Positions 34,675 through 46,731 of a stretch of 64,000 bases of DNA are shown here, one piece after another. The notes under the pieces are model-generated. The model was not told where the DNA came from and made no database searches. It worked only from the letters and a program-made list of their open reading frames with translations. The stretch is from Guillardia theta CCMP2712. Taxonomy: Eukaryota > Protista > Cryptophyta. Each line of letters opens with the position of its first letter. Position 1 is the first letter of the stretch. The stretch is from positions 248,001 through 312,000 of the forward strand of contig NW_005434631.1 in the NCBI RefSeq assembly GCF_000315625.1. Reading direction: 5' to 3'. The translations under genes and the position numbers were made by a program.

Positions 34675-35861
34675 CTCAAGCGAGCAGCAGGCGGAACAGC
34701 CAATCTATCGTATGCCTGCTGCTCTGCTCTCGCCTCTTGTCTCCCCCTGGTCTGTTGCTGCCTCCTCACAGCGGCATGGCGGCCTTCATTGGCTGGTATC
34801 AACCGTTATTATCGGCGCTACCAAGCCCGCACCAATGTATGAGCGCATCAGTGTGCCAATTTTGTACCGTTCCGGCGCCGGGCGGCCCGGGCGCCGGGCG
34901 GCACCGAGCGGGCCGCCGGGCGGACTCGCGGGTGACACCATGTCGACTGACTCAGTGAATCCAATCCGGCGCTTCAATTTCACTCAGGCTCGGTCCGACG
35001 GCGGGCGCTGCCCCCCCGCCCCCCCGCCGACCATCATCTGATCGGAGGCGTGCCGCGGCCTGGAGAGGCGGGCGGCCCCGGCGGCCGCGAGTGTCAGAGT
35101 GTGACACCCACTGGTGACGGTGGCTGACTACTCGGGGTGGGCTAGTAGACTCAGAGTCGGTGGCACGGCAACTCACTGCGTGACCGTCGGACTAGGCTGG
35201 CGGGACTCTCAGTCTGCCACTCAGTGACCCGGCAAGAGCTTCCCAAATTCCGAAGTTCACTGTCACTTGACTCTGTGTGAGACTCAAAGTCACTGCTCAC
35301 TGCCGCTGTGCGGCGGCCTGACAGTGCCGACGGTGACTAAACCGTCCGGTCCGGCGGACTCGGAGGTGAGTCACCGGGCCCCGGGGGCGCGGCCGGGGCC
35401 CCGGGCCGCCGCGCACTGACGGGGGCCGTACTCGAGGCCCAGCGGCGACGGTTCGTGGCGGAACTGCAATGATAGGAAAACCCAGCTTGGCAAGTTGGTG
35501 GCACGTACTAGCAGTGACGCGGCAAGAGGAGGGCAGACTCCGAGGGATGATTGTTACGATTCTGAAGTGATCAGTCAGTGAGTCGGCGAGTGGGAAGCAC
35601 TCCTGATGGTCAGGCAAGTCTTTAAATCTGATCTTTTATCGATTTCATTTATTAGAGATATCGCAGAGTGGTCCCAGTAGTAAGCCCCTAAATCACACTA
35701 GATTCATTTCATGAAGTCATTGCCATCACAACCATTCGATTGAAGAAGGAATCCATAGGAGTGAAGACTATGCGTCCTTGAGTACTTGCAGTACTTGAGA
35801 CACGTACAAGCTTGAGGGTTCTTGGCGTTTTTAAGTCAATGGATATTTGATCGTTTCTGCA

Positions 35862-36843
35862 TTACACATAAAACTCCGGCAAGAGTATGTGAGTTCTTAT
35901 CAGGTTGCTGTTATATGATGTTGGTTTCCCTTTGCACATGGAAACATCGTTGTATGTATCTCCAAACTGTCCGAAATCTGTGATGAGGTTTTCAGAGTTT
36001 GAGACTGGTGCAGTGCATGGGCTGGACCCAAAGAATAATTCAAATTCCTTTTTCGATGTGGGCAGGTTGCAAGGTCTAATTCCAAAGAACAGTTCAAATT
36101 CTTCTTTCGATGTGGGCGGGATTACTTGTTTCATAAAGATATTGAGATATTTGCCGTTCTGACTGACGCTGTGAGATTTTGTTTTGATATCGAAGCAGAA
36201 CCAGGCTAGAAAATATTGACTCAAGGCCAGTGACACCGTCTTTGCGAGCTCCAAGGAGGAACGATACCAAAGAGGCACTGGGCCTTGAAAATGTTTCTAA
36301 GAGGAAAGCGAGTTGACAGACAGATCACCAATGTCCCCACTGAGGAGCAACGATGATCTGGAGCCAAGAAGAGAGGGTCAGCGAGCAGGCCAAGCTTGGC
36401 TCTGCTGTGGACAAGAGGGCGTGCGGCGGGATTGAGCCTGGTAGCAACTCAAGTTACAAAAAGGGGTTTTAAATTACCCCTGGGAACCACCCGGGTGTCA
36501 GTCGGGTTCCGGCGGTGCTGTGGGTGGGAGGGGTGGGGGATAAATCGACTGGCAGTTTGTGGTCCCCTGGAAGCCTCAGGGAGGGGTTGAAAAGCTGACA
36601 GGCAGACAGAGCCCGGGGGTAGGAGGCGGGTAGACGGTAGGAGGGGGTGGGTAGAAGGTGGGACTGGGGAGTGACTCCAGGGGTACCCCGGACGCCTTGC
36701 AAGAAGGCGGTGAGGAGAGTAGAATTGCACCAGGAGCTCCGGCAGCTCTCAGGCTCCGACGGCGGGGGGAGGGGTGGTAACTCGCCGGGTGAGAGCGATG
36801 GGGGTATCAGGCGGGGGTAGGTCGGCGGCTTGGTCATGGTCAA
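35862..36843 (-). CDS. Possible multi-exon hypothetical protein
   Basis: Pro-rich ORF 36843-36469 and ORF 36278-35862, the latter with an internal duplication PTSK(E/K)EFELFFG..PC. No family recognised. Confidence 0.3.
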
Positions 36844-37138
36844 AGTTTCTATTTCAGTGATGGATTCTGATGGTCGTTGGGAGCCAGATAGACCTGTAGT
36901 AATCTAGTAGTTGCTCTGACGGTTAAAAGATGACGTGCGCTGTAGTAAAGCAGTGCATGGTTACATGAGTCACGTCCAGCCGCAACCACTGGTGACATGA
37001 TCCGGGACTCGAAGACCACTGATCAGGCCCGACCTACCCTGGCCGCCGCCCGGCGTACCGTAAGTTATGATGATTAGCAGGCTCCAGCAGGCTTGTCCCG
37101 GGCGAGTGACCGTGACCTCCACGTGTCAGTGCCACGGT

Positions 37139-37191
37139 GCTGTCCTCCTTGCTCCATGCACGCACTGCGTGCATGGAGCAAGGAGGACAGC
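37139..37191. repeat. Perfect 26-bp inverted repeat, 1-nt spacer
   Basis: gctgtcctccttgctccatgcacgca-c-tgcgtgcatggagcaaggaggacagc. Confidence 0.95.
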
Positions 37192-37986
37192 GGCATGTTT
37201 GACCATCCCCTCCTCCTTGCCGTACCTCAGCGCCTCCTGTGACATGCCCTGCATCACTTGCCTCTGGTGAGCGCATGCTTTCCCTTTCTTAACCGGGTGA
37301 GTTCCAGGCCTCCCACCGAGCTCGTTCATGAGCGATCAACAGATCCCATCGTCCCCATCTGTCCTGAATAGGCGAGTCACAAAATTAGCGCAAGTCCATC
37401 CCTCTTTGTTCCCAGCAACTTTCCCGTACACGCAAAATGAGCGCATCACAATCCTTCTAGTCTTGTTCTCATGCCCGAGCAGCTTTTAGCTCTGCCAATC
37501 AGCCAAAGTTTCTCCTAGCTACCCACATTGATCAAGTAATGACGTGCTGATAGAGCTTGCCTCCCGGTCACTCGTCATCTCTGTAGAGCCGTTCGAGGAG
37601 CGAAGTCCAGCAAGCGCTCAATCTCTTGTTCAAACATTGCAAGACAGACGGCTGTCCATTCGTGTGTCACTGACCGCTCTCTTCAAGCATACTCAAACTT
37701 ATTGTTTTCTCTATAGTATCTGCTATCTGATATACGTTTCCGCCCTTCGTCGCTTGCTAGATGTTTGTATGACAATAGGGTGCGGGCGATAGTAGCCAAC
37801 AGTTGAGAGTCTCAGGTAGACATGGAGGAAAAGCTATTCATTTGAAATTACTTCCGACCATCAAAGCCTCACAAAGAAAATAAGCTTTTAAATCCACTGG
37901 TCCTCATTTTTCCTCCAGTAAATCTCATAGGAACCACACATCCGTTGGACCGAGTTTCAAAAAAAGTATTGTAGTTAGCATAGTTC

Positions 37987-38079
37987 TTCTAGTTGATCAT
38001 GACAGTAGTCTTTCTAGTACCTCTGATAATTTATTCTAGTTAATCATGACCGGAGTATTCTGGTGTCTCTGATCATTTA
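37987..38079. repeat. Diverged ~46-bp tandem duplication
   Basis: Two copies of ttctagtt(g/a)atcatgac...tctgat(a/c)attta. Confidence 0.75.
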
Positions 38080-39191
38080 TCCTCTGTATCCCTAGTCTCT
38101 GGCCGAAAGCGAGCTTCTTACATAATGGATGACACAAGTAAAGACAAGAAATCACTTCAATCACCATCTGAAAAAAATCAAACAGCTGCATAATTTTCCT
38201 ATTGTCACCTTGCCTCTTACCTCTCGCACACTAGGTTCACAAACCCTCGTTCTACAAGTGCCATGTTCGTTCTTTGCTGCATCTGTCCCCCACCCCCTCT
38301 AGGCTCATGACAAACAACGGGTAGTTGAAGAGAATTGTGTACCCCCTCTATAAAGACATCTTATCACGGGTCAACAAAACATAGTACCCCTGCCATAAAG
38401 TTACGAACAAACAGGGGGTAGTTAGTACCCTCTAACGGACACCCCTACCTTTGACTAAATTTGGAGGGGTGAGAAACAAGTGGGGCGTATTTGTTGGATC
38501 ACCCCTACCCCCTTGTTCGAGCCTTCCAGCAGAAAACTTGGATGACCCCCGTCATTGAAAACCTGGAGGATCAAGGGGTAGAGAATGAGCAGAGGGGGGT
38601 TAGAATATGAGGGGGTAGGGTAGTATGAGCTTAAAAAAACAATTCCACCATCACAAGAACGCATCGTTTCGTCAGGCCGGTGTTTTCAACCTATTGGTAC
38701 AGCAGTCGGGAGGTGGGGGGTACCCACCCCACCCCCTCTAATATCGGAATTCGCAAACAAGAGAAAATTTTAAAACATTATACATGTAGTAAAAACTGCT
38801 TGTGCACGTGCCACCTACCCCCCCGAATAGCATAAAAGGGGAAAGAAGCCTCCAAACCAACATCTCCGGCCACTCCCATGCCACCCCCTGAAAGCCTCTA
38901 AGTTTTCCCTATTCCAGCCTTGCACATACTCTTTACCCCACGACCTCGTGCTCGAATCCATCCACGAACTCCCCCTCGCCCTCCAACTCGATTGCCCTTC
39001 AACTCACCACCCCAACGATATCGTGCCTGCGCAGTGCGGTGATTTCGTGATTTGATTTCGTGGCTCTGATTTGGTAGTGCTCATTTCATTTCACCACCCC
39101 CTTCCGCCGGTGACCCGCGGCTGTTGATCGCGGAAGGCTCTCGGGTATTGACCGGCAGCACCAAGTAGAATCGAACGAGCTAGGTATCGAG

Positions 39192-39596
39192 ATGCCGGAG
39201 AAAAGACGCAGGCAGTCCAAGAAGGGAGGCTGCAAGAGGAGGAGGGGTACCGGCAAATGCAACCAGAGGGGCGATGAGAGGGAGGGGGTGGTCGAACAGA
39301 TTCAACTCCAGGACAAGGCCCTGGTCGAGGCGTTCGCGGCGAGCATCGAGGACGCCTTGGCGGAGGCAAGGCTGCCGCAACGATCTGAGGAGGAGGAGGA
39401 GGAGGAGGCCGAGCGGGTGATCGATGACCTCGTGAAGCCTGAGGTGGAACTACCCCTGGAGGCGATTGATTCCATCAACATACCCTACCGGTGGGTTCAT
39501 GAAATGCCAACATCCCTCGAGCGGGTGGGGGTCCTGCATTCGTACGTCCTGGAAGACAGTGACGATGAATTTGAAGCTGCTCTACAGCTAAAATAA
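39192..39596 (+). CDS. Hypothetical protein, 134 aa, basic N-terminus and acidic body
   Basis: Single ATG-initiated ORF with coding-like GC3, downstream of a promoter-like G/C-tract block. Confidence 0.55.
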   Translation: MPEKRRRQSKKGGCKRRRGTGKCNQRGDEREGVVEQIQLQDKALVEAFAASIEDALAEARLPQRSEEEEEEEAERVIDDLVKPEVELPLEAIDSINIPYRWVHEMPTSLERVGVLHSYVLEDSDDEFEAALQLK

Positions 39597-39936
39597 TAGA
39601 ACGGATGGACAGAGAACGGATGGACAGCATTTTTGAAAGGTCCTGGGTGGGTGCTTGACCAGGAGGGTGGGTACCGTCGGGCTCCCAGGTATCGATCCGG
39701 CGGGGGGACTCGATTTGTGTTTTGAACTTGTCATCGATCATTTGAAGTATCAGGATGTATTTTAAAAGCGTTCGTTAGTAACAAACAAACGATTTGAACG
39801 GCATTGATGAACCCCTACCCTCAACATTTATTATTCAATATATTGTAGTTCCTCGAATGCCTCACTCGTACTGATCTTTAACTTAACTTTGAGTAAACCC
39901 TCACAAATGACCTCCGTGAGCCAGCCCCTGCCCTGT

Positions 39937-40950
39937 GTTTACTCAAAGTTCATTAAGTTAAAAATCAGTACGAGGACAAGTATGTCAAGACAAAAGACAG
40001 CGAGAACCAAAAAACAAAAAAAACCAATCCTGCCAATTGCTGTCCCCCAAACTTGACTGATACCTTCACTTAAACTGCGCGCAGGACAATTCCCCCGCGC
40101 CATGTCAGCGATGTCGCTGTGGCCGCCGCCGAAGGAATGAGACGCATACCGGAACGCACCCGCGATGATGGCAGCGAAGGACAGGAAGGCCTTGAGCTGA
40201 CGAAAGATCTGGACCGGATTCGTTTGCAAGTCGGATCACCTGAGACATCTTGCGAAGCCGAGAGACCATCTAGCGCTGCCGTTTCCTTGGTCGACGAGCG
40301 ATCCGCCAGCCACCACAGAAAGCGCAACTTCGCCATCATCCTGCAAGAGTCCATCAGTGCTGGCGATGATGGGAAGAAAGGCCTTTGGCGGGACGTGCTG
40401 AGCATATGCATTACAATGCCCTCGGATGTTCCTCTGTGCTGCTGCTTGCAGTTTGCTCCGAGCGAGGTCCGGTATCCCATCATTGTCAAAAACATGTGGC
40501 ATGCTGAGGTCCAGGATTAACCTATGCCATCGGCCTCTAGTAGCCTGCAGTTGCGGAAGTTCAAATTCCCCTACGTGAGGACGACGGAGGTGATGGCTGA
40601 TGGGCTGCTGCTCAAAGATCCCAAGGTTTGTACTTTCCATAATTGAGTGTGCGCTGAGGGATAAACTGAGACAGAAGTTCATCAACCTGGTGGCCTGCCA
40701 CGGTACTCGAAGTGGACCGGGAGGAGGTCGGACACTGCAGGGAGGTTTATGCCTCGGAGATTGCCCCCAGTGGGCCTCTGGCTCTGCTCCAGAATCCATG
40801 ATGATCCGACCTGCAGACTGTGCAGTGCATACCGTACTCACGGTAGCACAGTGCGGGCAAGTGATTCCGAAGGATCAGGCAGCGGGCCTGCCGCAAAGTG
40901 TCGGAGTCCGAGTCTGGCGCCACGGAGCCCCCGGCAACGCCCGGCAGTGA
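39937..40950 (-). mobile_element. Degenerate 3' fragment of an RLE-type (CRE/R2-like) non-LTR retrotransposon
   Basis: Frameshifted remnants: CTVCR..LQC..GH knuckle-like segment, LILDLSMPH, AFLPIIASTDG, LRFLWWLA. Followed by a tail CTCGTACTGATTTTTAACTTAA..CTTTGAGTAAA that recurs in the window. Confidence 0.55.
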
Positions 40951-41607
40951 ACGTGGACGTGTAGATGATCATTGGATGGCCTTGGCAAATATCCGTCGGT
41001 CATTGGAGTCACGCTAGGTTGATTTCGGGGGGCCGCCGGGTCCTTTCATCTTCGGAAGAGCCTTTTATGAACGTACTACCCCTTGAAGGCCCTGAGGCCC
41101 CCGGGTAGTAGTAGTGCCTCATAGCCCGCCCATGGGGTGTTAACTCACAACATGAGGGTGCTTCAGGCGGTGGGGGAGGTACCGGTAGTAACTTGAACCA
41201 ATAAAAGTGTTTTAAAGGCTTGTAGCCCCTGCTGGCCAATAATGGCAGAGTCATCCACTAGTGCTGGGACGGGTGGGTGGCGACTGAGAATACTAAGGGG
41301 TGGGTACATGAAGGGTGTATGTAGGGTGGGTGGTGGGTGAGCCGCTACCAAGGGGAGGAGCCCCAGGTTGCCAATCACTTGAGGCAGAACGCAAGGACCC
41401 ACCAGTGCTGTTGACTGCTAGAGGCGATATGGATGAGTAGGTGGGGTAGGGCAAGTGCATACACCCCTCCCTTTGACCAAACAAGATGGAGAAGTAGTGT
41501 GGTAGTAGGTAAGGGTAACTAGATTTTGATAGTTTAGATATGGGGTGGGGTAGGATCGGAAGGGTGGGGTGTTTGTTATTCAGTTGTGCGCGCGGTTGTG
41601 AGCGGCC

Positions 41608-42665
41608 ATGGAGGTCGACAAAGGAGTGGAGGGGGAGGAAGGAGAGGATTCATTGAAGTCAGAGGGGAGAAGAAGCAGCGAACTGGAAGGGAGAATGGAG
41701 CCCTCTGAAATTTCAGAAGCTACGACCGTCCCGTTGACGAAAGAAGCCATCGAAAACTTGCTGGGATGTAGAATGATTGAGCATAATGAGCCCGATGACG
41801 AGGAGGAAGAGCACATTCAGTGGATTCGCCCTCCGAGGCTTCAGAGGGAATCTTTCAACAAAACAAACAGATCAACTCCACAAGATGAAGAAATATGTAA
41901 TGAAGGAGCTGGAAATTTGGCACACAAGGTGATGAGTGTCCAAACCATGCCAAGTGATGGTGTTTGTTGATGCATTGGAACCAGATGTCATTGCCAGGCA
42001 CGGTCGAGCCGTCGGTCGCATCGTCAAATCTTGTATACATGTTTTGTTTTGACAACACATGAAAACAATACTGATTCATGTCGAATTTCAAGTCCACGGA
42101 GAAAGAGAAACTTCGCCTTCAACTTCTTGAAAACCGCCTCCTGGAAACTGTGAGTCCTGTTAGAAACGTGGCAGCCGGTGATGACTTTTGCTTCAAACAG
42201 GAGCGGCACAATCAGATTCTGATGGAGAGGCTGAAAAAGCAAGAAGCGACGCTCAGGCATATGGACCACCATCTGCCGAAAAGGGCTACGACAACCACTG
42301 ACCTGATCCCCAATACCACAAACAAAGGTTTCGTCAAACAGAATTTATCCATGCACAGCATTACAGAAGAACAAAAGCGAAACAAGACTGTACATTTTTC
42401 TTCGAATGCTGCTTTAGAAATAGCTGAAAGATCGCATTCCAAGTTTGAAGGTGCAAAGCCAAGAGCAACAACAACGGATGATTCAGTGAAAGTTGATGTC
42501 AAACCTATTGAGAGAATGCTCATCATGCAAGCGGAGTCAGGCACTGTGACCTCGGGGTCAGATGGCAGAGCGAAGAGGACAGCCATCTATTGCAGTCTCT
42601 TTTGCATTGTCGTAGGGTTATTCATCGGCGGCGTTGTTGAAATCTTTCGGAGGTATTCGCAATGA
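41608..42665 (+). CDS. Hypothetical protein with C-terminal TM anchor (probably spliced)
   Basis: ORFs 41608-41970 and 42078-42665. C-terminal AIYCSLFCIVVGLFIGGVVEIF followed by RR. Confidence 0.55.
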
Positions 42666-42933
42666 GGCACGCGAGAAACTTCAGTCATCTGGAACTCTAT
42701 GATGCCTGGTAGGCCACCAGGAACCCAAGGACAACTGGTTGAAATATAATACTTGAATCTAAGATAGTTGTAAGTCATTTCTTGGTTTCATCAAATTGAG
42801 CCTTTATTGACCAAATGTTGTACAGGGAGAAGGCATTCACCCCAGTATCCCCGAAACAATTTGAAGAAACTGAACTCTGTCAGTCAGGCGATCTTTTGTT
42901 GCAATTCTTGGTCTATTATTGACATGCACTTGT

Positions 42934-43740
42934 CTAAAAGGACAGGGATCTTAGAGGATCGAAATGCGCAGCTTCTGAAGTGAATTTTCGCCAGACGTTG
43001 AGCTTGTTGATACGATCAACTGAGATAACGTCATGGTGGTCATGGGTTCGAGCATAGGCCAAACCATTCAAGCGCGATCGAACTACAGAAGGTGGATTGG
43101 GATCAAAATGCAATGTTGATCTTTGACGACGCATGTACTCTATACCTGGGAGCCATCTTTCACATACCCCTGGTTGAGTTGATTGCAGGTATTTGCTTAC
43201 CTGACTTTGTCGACGTTGATTTTGATGGAGTTCTTCCAGCAAGGCTGGATCTCGTGTGCAGATTGCAAGGAGCCCAGAAGTTGTCTTCACCACGCAGCTC
43301 TGGATGTGCACCAAGTTTGGAAATTTTCTTGCTCGGCATGAAGCAGGGAGGAGTCAAGAACTGCTGGCGATCACAAGCAGAGGCTTGATCGAGCATGGAG
43401 CGAAGTACAAGATCACTCCTGTGAAGGTCTCAAATGAATGCCGCGCCTGGATGCAGCACTGGGACTCATTCTACCTGTATTCGTTGTCTCCCACGTGTAT
43501 GCCTCCATTGGTCCTCCTCATCCTCTCGACGTCTCTGGACGCTCGCCATGCGTAATAACCATAAGAGTCGCAATGATTGACCGTCATCCACTCATCTGTT
43601 GCTCTCGCTGGTCAGCAACTAGCGCAAGCACACGCATGTCAGCACGCAGACTCACAGCCGTCTCCTCGTCCGGAGCAAAGGTCGCACCTTACGCTCCCGT
43701 CCTCATCCGCCATGCCTAAATTCTTCTTGTCGGTCAACAT
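42934..43740 (-). CDS. Possible hypothetical multi-exon gene
   Basis: Open segments with GT-AG-like borders ending ...HFDPLRSLSF*. No family recognised. Confidence 0.35.
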
Positions 43741-43773
43741 TCCCCAGCCCGCCTCAGCTGGATGCGTCTCGCA

Positions 43774-46031
43774 ATGGCGACGACGTATCTGACGCATTCC
43801 TTGCTGCTGCTTGTGGGCGTCGCCGACTGCTTTACCTTCCCTTCCTCTCTCTGCTTCAGAACTCCCGGTCGACAGCGAGCACAGGCATGCAGACTGTGCA
43901 TGAAGAAGACTCCGAAGGATCAGGCAGATCGCCTCAAGCAGGACGGGATCGCTGCGCTCATTCAGGGCAGGACAGAGCTAGCCAACGGTAGCAGAGGACT
44001 GCTCGCACCCGTCTGATGCTTCTGCAGACCTACTGACCAAGTACGTCGAGAGGAGCGAGGAGGCCGACGCCAAGGTTCTCAATGCACTCGGATCCATCCG
44101 ATCGAATGCGGAAAAGTGGGAGGAAGCGATCGTTTTTTTCTCTCAAGCCATCGACGCGAGCTTGAGAGCAGGTAGGGGACGCCATGAGAGGCAGCATATG
44201 ACTTGAGGTGACGAGAACAGGGGACAAGGCCTCTCAGGCGAACGCTCACTTCAACCTGGGCAACGTCTTCTCGTCGATGCAAAGGCTCGAGAAAGCGTCC
44301 TCCAACTTCGAGCGGGCGGTAGAGATCATGCCGGGCGACGTGGAAGCGATCACGAATCTTGCGCTCTGCCAGATCAAGCTTGGCGAGGTCTGCGAGCTGA
44401 CAGTTGACAAGGAGAGTGACGTCACTGATCCATTGCCAAGAACACGCTGGCGCTACAGCAATTGGAACGAGCATATATGCTCGACCCGAAGAATCACATT
44501 GTAGCTCTCAACTACGGTCAGTGGAAGAACGCCAGGTTGTACAAGAGTTTGACTCGACCTCAAGGAAACTGCCTGGCAGATGCCGGAATGAACTCGCAGG
44601 CTGTGGATGTTTTGCAGGCTGCCGTCGAACTCAGCGATGGAATGGACTCGGAGCTCTTTTTGAACCTTGGGGTTGCAGCGAAAAGAAGCGGTGAGCATGG
44701 TCTAGTGAGAGTGCGACTTGTCTGAATGGAGTGAAAGGAATGAAGAAGTTGTCCATCGATTCTCTCAGACGCTCGTTGGAACTGAAGGCAAGAACACTCC
44801 AGCATTCAAGAGTTGAGATGATGTCGTCACTTCCAGCCCGATCAAGTTCTTGCGAAAAGGCTCATGCTGGCTCAGATTGAGGACGGAGAGAGGTCACTGC
44901 GGTAACATCTAGCAGGAAGACTGACTGACTGGCTGAAAGGTCCAAGGATCAAGATTGGTATCTGACGGAGAAAGAGAATGCGGAATACGCTCGGTTGGTA
45001 AATTTGACTAACACAACTTGAAGCATCATGCGATCTTTCTTTACGTTTCATCTTTCTCTTCTGCAGCATACTCTTCGATGATTATGCAGAAAAATTTGAG
45101 GAAGAGTTGACGCAGGTGGGGTAGCTGGTGCCTTGTCTTGCTGCTGACCCCAGCGAAAGCAACTAGATTACAAAGTCCCCGAGCAGATCGTCGAGCTGCT
45201 CCTTCAGAACGTGATGAATCATTCTAGCCTGAGCAGTCCGGACCAGATATCGTGGAATTCTGTCCTCGACGCAGGTTGCGGTTCAGGACTGGTGGGCGAG
45301 GCGATACACGAATACACCGATCGTATTTTTGGCGTCGACATATCACAGGAGATGGTGTTGCCGGGTTGTGTTGCCGAGTGAAACAGTAACGATGGATGCA
45401 GGTGAAGAAGACCAGGGAGAGGAGATGTGCAGATGGTCAGAAGATGTACACCATGGTAGAAGATCAAGAGTTGGTTGCCTATATGAGGGCGCAGGGCGAG
45501 AGCTCATGTTGTATTCATCATCGACTCTCCTCGCCGGTGTCACTCATGTTTCCTTTTGTTTCCAGTTGACGCGATTGTGGCTGCGGATGTCTTGTGCTAC
45601 TTTGGAGACCTTGTAGATTTTTTCAAGGAAGCTCGACGAATCCTTGCAACGGGTAGGAGTGACTTACCTGCTCCTGGGGCCACTTACCTTGTCTTCAGGT
45701 CAATGCTCCGGTTGGTTGGCTTTCAGCACGGAAGATGTTGTGGAAGGCAAGGATGATGGCAAGGCGGCCAGGGGATTCTGTCTCCTCAACACAGGGAGGT
45801 AAATCCATCCATCCTTACTTTCTCCTTTCACGTGGCAAACTAGGTACGCTCATCGTGTCAATTATGTCTCTGAGAAGCTCAGTGCTGCTGGTTTCTCATA
45901 TGTCAGCTCCACCAGCAGGACTCTGCGCAAGAGTGGATCTCAAGTGATCAAAGGGAAAATCTGGATCGCAAGGACTTGACAGCGGGGCGAGCAGGGTTAT
46001 GTGACTCGCTCCGCAGGAAAAATGGTGTTAA
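43774..46031 (+). CDS. TPR + class I SAM-dependent methyltransferase (COG4976-like), probably plastid-targeted
   Basis: Signal peptide ..VADC-FTF. TPR ANAHFNLGNVFSSMQRLEKASSNFERAVEIMP. LFDDYAEKFEE, LDYKVP, VLDAGCGSGLVG, GVDISQEM, AADVLCYFGDL, GRYAH. End approximate. Confidence 0.85.
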
Positions 46032-46731
46032 TTTTGCTTGCCATGAAGCGAGGCTGTATATTACAATGATACATGTGAACTCATTACCAGGCCAATCTTT
46101 CAGAAGTTCATTTCATATACATCCAAGTCATGCCAGTGGTACTAGCAGCAGAGAAGTTTGAAATTTCTACGAGACTGCCAGTCACTGATGGTCTATTCGA
46201 GGCCGGCGATTCAGACCGTATCGGACGGTCACCAACCGTGACTCAGTGAGGAGCCAGTGACTGTCAGGCCGGGCTGGGCCCCCAAAGTTCTGCCCGGGCC
46301 CGCGAGCCAGTCAGGCTGCTCCCCCCGGGTACCGTAGCTTACTAGTATGCTGTCTGTTAGACCGTCCGTGCCGCGCGGTGCGGCCCGGGGACTGTACAGT
46401 GCTGCCACTCGGCCCGTCGGAGGATCAAGCGGCCTGACTCTGAGCACTGCGGCAAGTTTCAAGTTTCATAGAAAACATTTTAATTATTTTCACAGGATTT
46501 CTAGGTAGTTCTTTCCTCATCAGTAGGGCAGCAGAATATACTTAGGGGCTCCCCTAATAGATAGTCCTGTGAAGGATGTCCATGCTGCCAAAAGTCGCGC
46601 CCCGGATGCTGGTTGCGACAAGGGCAGGGGAGGGAGGCAGACAAGTATGGCGAGAGAATGCTTGAGATGAGAGGGAGGAGCTGATCAGAGACAGCAAGAC
46701 ATTAGCTTGTACCAGCTCTTGCACAGGAAAC

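Noticed and set aside
37200-37720. Protein-coding gene around the hairpin
   Set aside because: Fragments on the minus strand are interrupted by stops and I could not build a consistent spliced model.
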